Made by a program: the position numbers and the translations under genes. DNA of 64,000 nt. Origin: an uncultured delta proteobacterium (GTDB lineage: Bacteria > Desulfobacterota > Desulfobaccia > Desulfobaccales > 0-14-0-80-60-11). Below the pieces are notes generated by a model. The model searched no databases. It had not been told where the DNA came from and worked only from the letters and a program-made list of their open reading frames with translations. Shown here piece by piece: positions 20,613-29,942 of this stretch (positions are counted from its first letter, which is position 1; each line of letters opens with the position of its first letter). The stretch lies in assembly GCA_963773285.1 (NCBI GenBank), contig CAVZAM010000007.1, forward strand, positions 17,634-81,633. The letters run 5' to 3'.

Positions 20613-21605
20613 ATGGATATCTTGAACCTCAAGGCTGGTCCCGGCTACACATTAGGTTTGGTGGCGGTTTTTCTGGGAGCGTCTCTCCTGGTTACGGGGA
20701 TTTACCAGCTCGTCGCCAGGCCCATCATCCGCCGCCAGCAGATCAACCGGCGCATGAACAAGGGGCGGAACCAGCGTTTTTCCCAGGTGCAGATCCTCAA
20801 AAATGTCCAGGAAATGGAAGGCAGCGTGCTTGAAGCCCTGGCCAAGAGCCTGGGCGGCCTGGGAAAAATTGGAAAATCTGCAGCGCAATCTCATGCAGGC
20901 GGACATTTACTGCCGGGCCGGGACTTTTCTGGCGGTGGTGGGTCTGATCATGTGCGCGGGTTTCTGGCGGCCTTCATAAAAGCAGGAACCTACGCCGGTC
21001 TCGGCGCGGCCGCGGTGCTTGGCTATGTCCCCTTTGTCGTGGTGCGCATGAAGAAGAATCGCAAAACCAAGGTTATTGAATCGCAGATGCCGGACGCCAT
21101 GGAACTCCTGGCGCGCTCTTTGCGAGCCGGACACGCCCTGCCATCGTCCATCGAACTGGCCGGCAAGGAAGTCCCCGACCCCCTGGGAACGGAGATGAAG
21201 ACCGTTTACGATGAACAGCGCCTGGGATTGAGCGTGGCCGGGGCACTCAAAAGGATGGGGGAACGGGTGGCCAGCCAGGATCTGCAGTACTTTGTCACCG
21301 CAGTAATGCTCCAGAGCGAGACCGGCGGCAACCTGGCAGAGGTCATGGAGAACATCGGCCACCTGATCAGGGAGCGCCTGAAGCTCAAGGGTAAGATCCA
21401 GGCCCTCACCGCGGAAGGTAAATTTTCCGCGCTGATTCTGACCGCGCTGCCCTTCCTCGTCTTTTTCGCCTTAATGGTGATGAACCGGAAATATATGGAC
21501 ACCTTGTTCACCGATCCGGCCGGCAAGTATCTGATCGGCATGGGCATCATGAATATTATCGCGGGCATCATCTGGATGAAGAGAATCATCAGGATAGATT
21601 TCTAA
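20613..21605 (+). CDS. tadB: TadB (T2SSF domain); compensating homopolymer indels at ~20865 and ~20960
   Basis: QMPDAMELLARSLRAGH, ETGGNLAE, LTAEGK. Confidence 0.93.
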   Translation: MDILNLKAGPGYTLGLVAVFLGASLLVTGIYQLVARPIIRRQQINRRMNKGRNQRFSQVQILKNVQEMEGSVLEALAKSLGGLGKIGKSAAQSHAGGHLLPGRDFSGGGGSDHVRGFLAAFIKAGTYAGLGAAAVLGYVPFVVVRMKKNRKTKVIESQMPDAMELLARSLRAGHALPSSIELAGKEVPDPLGTEMKTVYDEQRLGLSVAGALKRMGERVASQDLQYFVTAVMLQSETGGNLAEVMENIGHLIRERLKLKGKIQALTAEGKFSALILTALPFLVFFALMVMNRKYMDTLFTDPAGKYLIGMGIMNIIAGIIWMKRIIRIDF

Positions 21606-21614
21606 GGAGCCGCC

Positions 21615-22553
21615 ATGGACCAGTCATTGCTCATTATCACATTGGTTTCGTTCGGCGCCGCCGGCCTCTTGACCTATGGCCTGTTCCTCTACACCTCGAG
21701 CCGCCGGGAAATGCATGACCGGTTTGCCAAAGCCAAGGACGTCAAACCCTCTTTGATCCGCCAGGACGGGAAGTCCTCCAGCCTCAAGGACCGGGCCCTG
21801 GAGGCCATCAGCAGCTTCGGCAAGATGACCCTGGGCAAGGAGCAGGAAAAACCGAAGATCTCGGACCTGAGGCTCACCCTCATTCAGGCCGGCTTCCGTT
21901 ACACCAACGCGGTGGCGGTATTTTTCGGCATCAAAGCCATCTGCACCGTGTTGCTGCCCCTGTGCTACCTGTTCTACATGACCTGGACCCATAAAGTTAC
22001 GGGCATGAACCTGGCCATTGCCATGGGAGCCGCGGCCCTGGGGTATTACCTCCCCAATTATATTTTGACCAAGGCCTTAAAGCAGCGCCAGAACCGCATT
22101 GACCGGGCCCTGCCGGACGTCCTCGACTTGATGATCGTTTCCATGGAGGCAGGGCTTTCCCTGCAGTCCACCCTGAACCATGTGGCTGATGAAGTGCAAC
22201 GCATCTCCAAGGATTTCCACGGGGAACTGCGCATCACCAATGCGGAAATGCGGACGGGCATCCCCCGGGACACCGCCTTGAAAAACATGTGGGAGCGCAC
22301 CGGCGTCCAGAGTGTCAAGTCTTTGATATCACTGATGATTCAATCAGAAAAGATGGGGGCTTCCATCTCCCAGTCATTGCGCACCCACGCGGATTTCGTG
22401 AGAGTGCAGCGGGCCCAGAAAGCGGAGGAAATGGCGGCCAAGTTGCCCATCAAGATTATTTTTCCAACGCTTCTTTGTATATTCCCGGCCATTTTTATCG
22501 TCATCCTGGGACCGGCCGCCATTCAGATTTACCATACCCTGTTGAAGAAATAG
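21615..22553 (+). CDS. tadC: TadC (T2SSF domain)
   Basis: LPDVLDLM..SMEAGL, QSEKMG, AEEMAAKLPIK, IVILGPA. Confidence 0.94.
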   Translation: MDQSLLIITLVSFGAAGLLTYGLFLYTSSRREMHDRFAKAKDVKPSLIRQDGKSSSLKDRALEAISSFGKMTLGKEQEKPKISDLRLTLIQAGFRYTNAVAVFFGIKAICTVLLPLCYLFYMTWTHKVTGMNLAIAMGAAALGYYLPNYILTKALKQRQNRIDRALPDVLDLMIVSMEAGLSLQSTLNHVADEVQRISKDFHGELRITNAEMRTGIPRDTALKNMWERTGVQSVKSLISLMIQSEKMGASISQSLRTHADFVRVQRAQKAEEMAAKLPIKIIFPTLLCIFPAIFIVILGPAAIQIYHTLLKK

Positions 22554-22573
22554 GTCAGGGAGCAGTGACCGCT

Positions 22574-23185
22574 ATGGCAGCAGCAGCAGTGGACAGCAGG
22601 AATCACGGCTACCGGTCCCCGGGGTCTGCCAGGGGGCGGCTGGCAAGGTTCTGGCTGGAAATAGCAGAAGGGAATTTTTCAAGGAAATCCATGGTCTCTG
22701 ACGTAGTTTTTCATCATGCTGAAATTCTTTTAGCAGCACCGCCGGAACTTGACATGCAGCCACCGGCGGCCCCGGCCGCAACCGAGGCCGCTTCTGTACA
22801 TCTGGCCCGATGGGCTCCCCACCCATCGGCCGATACAGCGCCGGGAACCGAACCCTCCCCCCGGACGCCGGCGCTGGTAACCATGCCACCCAGGCAGAAA
22901 CTGGTTGACGAGGCACCTTCGGAAACGGCGGCAACGCCGGCGGCCGATCCCTCCTCGCTGCCGGTGGCTGAATCTTTTGGCAGGAGGGGCGCCGCACCTT
23001 GTGGAGAAACCTTGCAGGCAAGGAAGTTGCAGGTCTCTCCAGAGGTCAAAGGGGTAAACGGGGACGGCCGGAAAAGCCTGACCCGTGACATGCGGTCCCT
23101 CCTTGGGGTGGGGAAGTTCAATGAATGTGGCCCTTATCAACACTTGTTGCAAAGGGAGGAGGGCTTCGCTAAACTGGCTGACTGA
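22574..23185 (+). CDS. Pro/Ala-rich hypothetical protein with possible LytR_C-like end; may be damaged
   Basis: Low-complexity linker then EVKGVNGDGRKSLTRDMRSLL; fills the tadC-TPR gap. Confidence 0.35.
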   Translation: MAAAAVDSRNHGYRSPGSARGRLARFWLEIAEGNFSRKSMVSDVVFHHAEILLAAPPELDMQPPAAPAATEAASVHLARWAPHPSADTAPGTEPSPRTPALVTMPPRQKLVDEAPSETAATPAADPSSLPVAESFGRRGAAPCGETLQARKLQVSPEVKGVNGDGRKSLTRDMRSLLGVGKFNECGPYQHLLQREEGFAKLAD

Positions 23186-23199
23186 GGAGGAAGGTTACC

Positions 23200-24171
23200 A
23201 TGTCGTCAGCCGGTGGTTGGAGATGGAGCCTGGTGCTGTTGATCTCGGTTGTGCTGGGGAGCTCATGCTCTCTTTTCAAAAAGCAGCCGGACCCCATGCA
23301 GGCCATGAATGTTAGAATGAAACAGGCCGCCAAGTTGCAGGAAGCTTACGATCCGGTGTCGGCCAAGCCGGCCCCGGGAGCCGAGGAAAAATTGCCCCCG
23401 GAGCGCCAGGAAGCCCTGGGGGATCTGCTCCTGGAGAAACGGCAATATGAAGGCTCCATGGTGCATTACATGAAAATACTCAAAGAAAACCCGGAGCGGG
23501 CCGACATCCGGTACAAGGTCGGGGTGATTCTTTTGCTGAATGGACAAAACCAGGCTGCCCGTCAGGAACTGAACACGGTACTGGCTGCCGAACCTCAGAT
23601 GCTGGAGGCCAGAGAGGCCCTGGGTCTCACGTATCTCGAGGAAAAGCAGTATCCCCAGGCGATTCGGAATTTTCAGGAGGTCCTGAATCAGGATGGCAGC
23701 AGGGCCAAGACCCGGCATCTTCTGGGAATCGCCTATCTTGCCCAGGATAATCCCCGGGAAGCCGTCCGGATCCTGGAGCGGGCCTCGTCCCAGAGCAGCA
23801 GCAACGTGGCTGTCCTGTCGACCCTGGGCCAGGCCTACCTGAAGCTGAAAGAATACGACAAGGCCCTCGCCTGCCTGAAGCGGGGCCAGCGGGTGGCCCC
23901 CGACGACAAGAAGATCAATCTCAATATGGGCATGGCCCTGGCCGGCCTGAAGCGTTACCCCGAGGCCTTCGACGCCTTCGTCAAGGCGGGGGACGAGGCC
24001 CAGGCGTATAACAACATCGGCGTGCATTATTATATGGATGGCCGTTACGAAGACGCGGCCAAGTGTTTTCAGAAGGCCCTGGAACTGAGACCCACTTTTT
24101 ACGAAGAGGCCAAAACCAATCTGCAACGGGCCCTGGAGAAGCTGCAGGCGAGTGGCAGAGAGGCGATGTAG
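23200..24171 (+). CDS. TPR lipoprotein, TadD-like
   Basis: Signal peptide ending VVLGSSC; multiple TPRs (AYNNIG..Y...GRYEDA); GAGGAGG RBS. Confidence 0.85.
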   Translation: MSSAGGWRWSLVLLISVVLGSSCSLFKKQPDPMQAMNVRMKQAAKLQEAYDPVSAKPAPGAEEKLPPERQEALGDLLLEKRQYEGSMVHYMKILKENPERADIRYKVGVILLLNGQNQAARQELNTVLAAEPQMLEAREALGLTYLEEKQYPQAIRNFQEVLNQDGSRAKTRHLLGIAYLAQDNPREAVRILERASSQSSSNVAVLSTLGQAYLKLKEYDKALACLKRGQRVAPDDKKINLNMGMALAGLKRYPEAFDAFVKAGDEAQAYNNIGVHYYMDGRYEDAAKCFQKALELRPTFYEEAKTNLQRALEKLQASGREAM

Positions 24172-24255
24172 CAGCTTGGCAACCGGCTAGGGACAGTCGG
24201 GTTATTTACGTATCGGCAGCAAAACCAGGGGTCAGACAGGCTAAAGGATAAAACC

Positions 24256-25735
24256 ATGAGCGGCGTTCCCCGCAAAGGCAAAAAAGCCCACGCAGACTTT
24301 ACGGTCCGCCTGGGTGAGGATGAGCTGGGGCGGATTTTCCACCTGCGGGACAGCCTCGAACAGAGTGAGTCGCTCATTCAGAACGCTGAACGCTACCGGG
24401 AAATGGACTGGGTTTTAGAGGCCCAGGGTGAAGGGGCTGCCACGCTGGATTTTGGCAAACCCTTTGACGTCTGGGGGGAGCGCCTCATGACCCTGGCCCT
24501 GGCGGGGGTGGATCTGGACCTGGCAGTCAGGACCGGGGTGCCGTCGCGGCTCCTGGTGCTGGAAACGCCCCGGGGCGAGACCCTTCTCGACACCTACGGC
24601 GAATGGCGCTCTGCCTGTCGGGCCCTGTCCGGCAGCGATTGGGAGCAGCATTTTTTTGTCCTTCCCCCTGACGCCCGGGTGCCGGTTTCCAAGGAACTCG
24701 AAGATTTCCATATACGCGTCTACGGCCAGGATGGGCTGGTCCCGGTGCCGCCTTCCCGGCGTCCCGGGGGCGAACCCTGGATCTGGCTGGCCGCGCCCTG
24801 GGATCTGACGCCGGCGCCGCCAGGACCGCCGGTATGGGAATTTCTGGAGGATTTTGGGCTTCTCCCGGAAGCGGGGGCACAGGACCAGGCGGAGGAACTG
24901 CTCTCCTGGGATCAGGTTTACGGGCTCATCGCCTCTCACCGGGAAGTCATCCGCACGTTATTGACCCCCGCCGCCTCGGTGTCGGCCTACTACCGGCAAC
25001 TGGCGGAAGAGGCCCAGCAGGCCGGCATCACCGACTCCAACAGCCTTTTTTCCCTGCTGTGGCACGCTCCCCAGGGGGACGCCCGCACTTCGGCGGACCG
25101 CCTGGCATTCATCCGCAAGCTCTGTGACGGGGCCACGCCCCAGAACGGCGGCGGCATGAAGAATAAAACCGCGGCGGCGACTCCTCTGCCAGGCCCTGCC
25201 GCCCAGGGGGCCTCACCTCAGGAGCCCGGCACCGACCCCGGATGCTTCATCCCGGCAAAATGACCTGGTGGAGTTCATGGAAAACCGGGTCGTCCTGGCC
25301 CGCAGCCGCTATGAAAGCATGATCTACGAATTGGCGGAGCTTACCGCCAAGGCTGAGGCCCTGCAGCGCCGGGTGGCGGAGTGGGAGCAACGCTACCAGG
25401 GAGGGGAGCTGCCGGAGGCCCGGGGTCCCCAAGAAGTCAAAAAAGCCCCGGTGGAGGAGCCCCTGGAATTTCCGTTTGATCTCCCGGTGGGGGAGGCGCT
25501 TCCCAGCCAGAAAAGAAAGCCTCTGTCCAGTTTAAAAGCCGCGGCACAGGAATTTCTCAAAAACAACTCCGACCTGGCGGCTGATGCCGAATCGGTACGG
25601 ATGTTGCAGTTTTGTCTGAGAAACTATATCGATCTCAACCCTGAACTCAACGCCCTGCCCCTGGGGGAAAAACTGGAACTGGCCGGGAAAATGGCCCGGG
25701 AGTTCATGAACCAGGTGTGTCACCGGGGAGCCTAA
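24256..25735 (+). CDS. Degenerate Prim-Pol-fold protein, paralog A (ORFs 24256-25263 and 25268-25735, probably one gene)
   Basis: LAVRTG..SRLLVLE, EQHFF, GLVPVPPS; collinear with 27285-28782. The second frame is open from 25160, so one indel fuses the two ORFs. Confidence 0.7.
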
Positions 25736-25757
25736 AAAAGTGCAAGGAGACAAGCAC

Positions 25758-26063
25758 ATGGAGCCGAATGAGTCAATTCAGCCCCAGGTAAGCGCTGGAG
25801 CGGAAAAAGCGAACGCGCAGGAGGATGTCAAGTGCCTTTGGGAAAGATGGGACAAGACCCGGGAGGAAGACGGCCCCTCCGATCTCGTCAAGGGCTACAA
25901 CCTTGTCGGGGTGGGCTTGATTATCGCCGGGTCGTTGTTTCAATGCCTGGGGTCGGGAATTCTCCAATACCGGGTGGGCCCGGTCTTTATTATCATCGGG
26001 GCCGCGATCATCGTGGGAAAGAAATTAAGGACGCTGTGGCTGCAAAGATCAGTGGACAGCTAA
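25758..26063 (+). CDS. Small 2-TM membrane protein
   Basis: AAGGAG RBS; two hydrophobic stretches in the C-terminal half. Confidence 0.65.
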   Translation: MEPNESIQPQVSAGAEKANAQEDVKCLWERWDKTREEDGPSDLVKGYNLVGVGLIIAGSLFQCLGSGILQYRVGPVFIIIGAAIIVGKKLRTLWLQRSVDS

Positions 26064-26093
26064 CCTAACTGGGGCATTGGGGGGGAGGAACCT

Positions 26094-27053
26094 ATGCTTG
26101 ACCAGTCGAGCGTTAAGCTTTGGAGTGTCGGCGGCGGTAAAGGCGGCGTCGGCAAGAGTATTGTTACCCTGGGTCTGGCCGTCTGTCTGGCCGAAATGGG
26201 GAAAAAGGTCATTCTGATAGACGGCGACCTGGGCGGGGCCAACCTGCATACCCTTCTGGGGGTGCGCTTTCCTGAGGTGTCGTTGGAGGACTTCCTGCTG
26301 CGCCGGGTTTCCCGTCTGGAAGACACGGTGATTCCCACGTCCATCGAAAACATCAGTCTTATTTCCGGAGCGGATGACATCCTCGGGGCCGCCAACCCCA
26401 CGTATTCTCAAAAACTCAGGTTGGTTCAGCAGATAGAAGAGCTGGCCGCGGATTTTGTCCTGCTCGACCTCGGCGCCGGCACCTCTTTTAACACCCTGGA
26501 CCTGTTCAACCACTCACCCGGGAAAATTGCCGTGCTCACCGGTATGGTCACGTCGCTGCAAAATGTCTACGGGTTCATCAAGAGCGCCTTGTTCAGGAAG
26601 CTTTCCCGGGAATTTGCCGGCGACTCGGACACCGCGGCCCTTATTTACCAGATGGGCAGCAAAGAGGGGGGCAGCAATTTCCAGTCCCTCCAGGACCTCG
26701 CCAATCACCTCGAGGTCACCGCGCCGGAGCGGTTTGCCAAACTTGAGAGGGTATTGCACAATTTTAACGTCTACCTGGTCGTTAACATGGTGAAAACCGA
26801 TCAGGACCTGAAGTCAGTGCAGATCATCAAGTCAGTGTGCGGGGATTTTTTAAGCCTGCAGCCCCAGGTGCTGGGTCACCTGCCCTTTGACCCGGCCGTG
26901 GAATTTGCCATCAACCAGATGTCCCCCCAGGCCCTGTTCAAGAAGAAAAGCCCGGCCGGAGCGGCCCTCAAGCAGATGTCCCGGGCTTTCCTGTTCTCTT
27001 CCCGCCTGACCCGTGCCGTTACCCCTCGCCTGAAACCGGCTCCCGCTTTTTAA
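26094..27053 (+). CDS. FlhG/FleN/MinD-family ATPase
   Basis: GGKGGVGKS deviant Walker A, DGDLGGANLH, LDLGAG, VVNM. Confidence 0.92.
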   Translation: MLDQSSVKLWSVGGGKGGVGKSIVTLGLAVCLAEMGKKVILIDGDLGGANLHTLLGVRFPEVSLEDFLLRRVSRLEDTVIPTSIENISLISGADDILGAANPTYSQKLRLVQQIEELAADFVLLDLGAGTSFNTLDLFNHSPGKIAVLTGMVTSLQNVYGFIKSALFRKLSREFAGDSDTAALIYQMGSKEGGSNFQSLQDLANHLEVTAPERFAKLERVLHNFNVYLVVNMVKTDQDLKSVQIIKSVCGDFLSLQPQVLGHLPFDPAVEFAINQMSPQALFKKKSPAGAALKQMSRAFLFSSRLTRAVTPRLKPAPAF

Positions 27054-27212
27054 GGAGATGAGCATTAGCTCTAGATATTTTTGGTGCGATTATAGACTAA
27101 GGGCTCGCAATTAATAACTTTTTTCAAGCGAGCCAACACTTGGACTGGTGTTCTGCGTAAAATAATAATATTGCCGTATCAAGAATATATTATTGTTTAC
27201 TGATAAACGATA

Positions 27213-27245
27213 AAACGCCTCTGAGTCGAGGCGTTTGGCTTTTTA
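27213..27245. terminator. Hairpin terminator between convergent genes
   Basis: AAACGCCTC-TGAGTC-GAGGCGTTT with A/T tracts. Confidence 0.65.
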
Positions 27246-27284
27246 TTCTTTATTGATAATACAGAAATATTCTGCCAGGCCTAT

Positions 27285-28782
27285 CTATACCCCCATAAAC
27301 TCTCTGGCCATCTGGCTGGCCCGCTCCCATCTTTCCGGAAAGGGCAGGTCCGACAGGTTGGGATCGATATTGACATAGTTCTTGAAGCAATACTGGACCA
27401 TCTGCAGCTTGGCGGGGTCTTTGGCCAGGTCCGGGTTTCTTTCCAGACAATCATGGATGGTTGCTTCCAACACTTCCACGGACGGGTCTGCCTGGACCAC
27501 GGGCGCGAGCTGGGAGTAGTGACTCTGCCACGGATCATCCGGGTCGTTTATGGGGGCTGGCTTAGCGGCGGGCACAAACTTCGCTTCCCCTTTGACCAGG
27601 TTGTCACCGGCCAGGGCCTGGAAGGCCTGCCTCTGGGGATGGTCAGGATATTGAGCCTCGCGCGGCGAGGGGTTTTGAAAAGGCAAGACCTGAAAAGAAG
27701 GTTACCGGGGTCAGGTCTGCCGTGGAGTTGGGGTTCCAGTCCAGCAGCAGGGCTTCCAATTCCGCCGCCTTGCTCACGAGCCTTTTTAACTCCCCCAAAA
27801 TAGCTTCATAATGGGAGCCGGTTCCCAGGGCCCCTGCCTTCGCACCCGGACCGGTGGTGACCTGCGCCCCGTCCATAGAAGGGGAGACCGCGGCATCCAG
27901 CTTGGCTTCTCGCACCATGCGCCTAAGCTGGTTGCCGCGGCCCGGGTTCACCGCAACATCCCCCTGGGGCGCGTGCCAGAGGAGACCGAGGAGGAGTTTG
28001 CGGTCCTTAAAACCGGCCTTCAAGGCGCGCTCCAACAGGTCGCCGTAATAGTCCTCCAGCGTCTGGTGCGGGGCCAGAAGGGCCTTGAGCAGTTCTTCGT
28101 GGGGGGTGATAAGCCGATACACCTCGTCCCAGGAGAGGATCTCGCCTTCTGCTTCCGGGGCCGGGTCCATGGACGATAATTTTTTCAAAAATTCCTGGAG
28201 GGACCGGGGCAATTCCGGGGGCGGGCATTCCCAGGGCGGGTTCTGCCACCGCCAGGACTCCTGGGTCTGGACGTCCACGGATGGGGGCAAGGGGGCCAGA
28301 CCCCCTTCCCCGAAGACCATTACCCGGGCGGCCATCAAAAACCTGGTGGGGGGTGCCGCAACGCCCGGGGGCAGGGTAAAGTAATGCTGTTCCCTGCCGT
28401 TCATCCTGGCCTGGCACGATGAGCGCCAGCTGCCGCCATGGTCCAGAACGGATTTCCCCTCGCCGTTGCCCACCTCCAGGACCACGAGCCCGGAAGCCGA
28501 CCCGGTGTGCACCCCCAGATTTACCCGGCCTTGCAGCGAGCCGGCCCGGCGGCATTGCCCGAGCCATTGCTCCGCGGGTTCTGTGAAATCCACGGCCAAG
28601 TCGACTAACTCCCGGGCATCCACGGCAGCCAGGCGCCATCCTAATTTGCGGCAGCGCACGGCCGTAGCCACGAAGCTGCCTTGAAATTCCAGATCTTCGG
28701 TTTGCTCGGCAACCGGTGGGTCACTCCCCCGAAATACGGGGGATGGCGGGATCACCTGAGGATTAGATTCCAGCATGTCCAT
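27285..28782 (-). CDS. Degenerate Prim-Pol-fold protein, paralog B (ORFs 27643-28782 and 27285-27686, probably one gene)
   Basis: NLGVHTGSASGLVVLEV, EQHYF, GEGGLAPLPPS, WRW resemble bifunctional primase/polymerase N-terminal motifs; C-terminus matches paralog A. Confidence 0.75.
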
Positions 28783-28880
28783 CTTGATTACCCTCTACTC
28801 CTCTGTTTGCTTTTTGCTCTTTATGAATAAGTCGGCCTAAAAAAGCCAAAGTGAATGCGCTAAAAATTTAATCCCTATTT

Positions 28881-28897
28881 ATGCAAGGGCCAGACCA
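28881..28897 (-). promoter_or_regulatory. Sigma54 -24/-12 promoter for paralog B
   Basis: Minus strand TGGTCTGGCCCTTGCAT, GG-N10-GC, about 100 bp upstream of the ATG. Confidence 0.6.
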
Positions 28898-28999
28898 AAG
28901 TGCAAATCTACTTAACTTACTTAATTTAATAGAAAAATATAGACTTATTTTTTGATTTATCTCTTAACAAGAAAGAGAAAACGAAATTTCAGAATAATT

Positions 29000-29016
29000 T
29001 TCTTGAGGATGAAGAA
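29000..29016. promoter_or_regulatory. TTCTT-N7-AAGAA palindrome
   Basis: TTCTTGAGGATGAAGAA, about 105 bp upstream of the sigma54 box; same motif as 8951 and 9021. Confidence 0.5.
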
Positions 29017-29357
29017 CGAGACGTCTCGCGGGGGAGGAGGCGGCGGCGATTAAGAAGGAGTGGTGACGCACAGGGAAGGGTAGGGGCCCGACAGGATGTT
29101 CCGGATGGCAGGAAGGCAAGCCGGACAGCTGGCATTGAAAGGTAAGCATATAATTTCATTGGATTACTTTTGGAGAAATATTTATGGGAGCAGTTACCGA
29201 TACCGATGATGGTGGGTAGATGCCTGCCCAAGGCGATGAAGAATGGCTGACAGGCAGCGATATTTTTCACTACTTAAGCCAATATAAAATACGTATTCTT
29301 GATACACCAACCATACGAATGACAAGAGCGACAAAGGCTTTTTATTGTGGAGGTTAA

Positions 29358-29933
29358 GTGAAGATCAAGTTTTATGCTGCCATTACTATAGGTTTATTAT
29401 TTTTCACCGCGTCGGGATTCAAGGTTGCCGAGATCGTTCCCGATTACTTTCCGCTCAGACCAGGTCAGATATTAACGTATCGGGAAGAGACCACTGACGA
29501 CACCAAGGCCATCGGCAAGCGCACCATTACCTTTCTCCCGGCTGAGGTCAGTAACGGCATGGGTGGGGTAGTGTTTCCGGTCAAGGAGGATTCATCCGGC
29601 AGTGTCGCAGCCCTTCCCCATATTACCACCATGTATTACAAGCGCACCGCCCGGGGGTACATGTACAATACCAGTAAAGAATCGTTGGACTACCTCTTCC
29701 TGCCCGAGGACATCCACCTCGGCAAGAAGTGGAAGATCAAAAACGGGGAAAAGTACCCCTACCGCGAGGTGGTCGCCATGGATGACGAGGTGGTCACGCC
29801 TGCCGGGAAATTTAAATGCATAAAAGTTTCCCAGGAGGGCACCTGGGAGTTCTGGTTCGCACCGGGGGTAGGTCTGGTCAAGGTGGTGAACCCCAGATTC
29901 GTCATGGCTCTCGAATCGGTTGAGATGAAATAG
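29358..29933 (+). CDS. Exported hypothetical protein (DUF3108-like C-terminus)
   Basis: GGAGG RBS, signal peptide, VVTPAGKFKCIKV...WFAPGVGLVK. Confidence 0.75.
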   Translation: MKIKFYAAITIGLLFFTASGFKVAEIVPDYFPLRPGQILTYREETTDDTKAIGKRTITFLPAEVSNGMGGVVFPVKEDSSGSVAALPHITTMYYKRTARGYMYNTSKESLDYLFLPEDIHLGKKWKIKNGEKYPYREVVAMDDEVVTPAGKFKCIKVSQEGTWEFWFAPGVGLVKVVNPRFVMALESVEMK

Positions 29934-29942
29934 GATGGTAAG

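Noticed and set aside
25160-27700. Programmed frameshifting in both Prim-Pol-like paralogs
   Set aside because: Breaks fall at non-equivalent positions, no shared slippery motif is visible, and indels are common across the window.
24256-28782. Integrated plasmid or prophage replicon suggested by the Prim-Pol domains
   Set aside because: Catalytic acidic residues are absent, no helicase, integrase or structural genes are adjacent, and gene A is operonic with tad.
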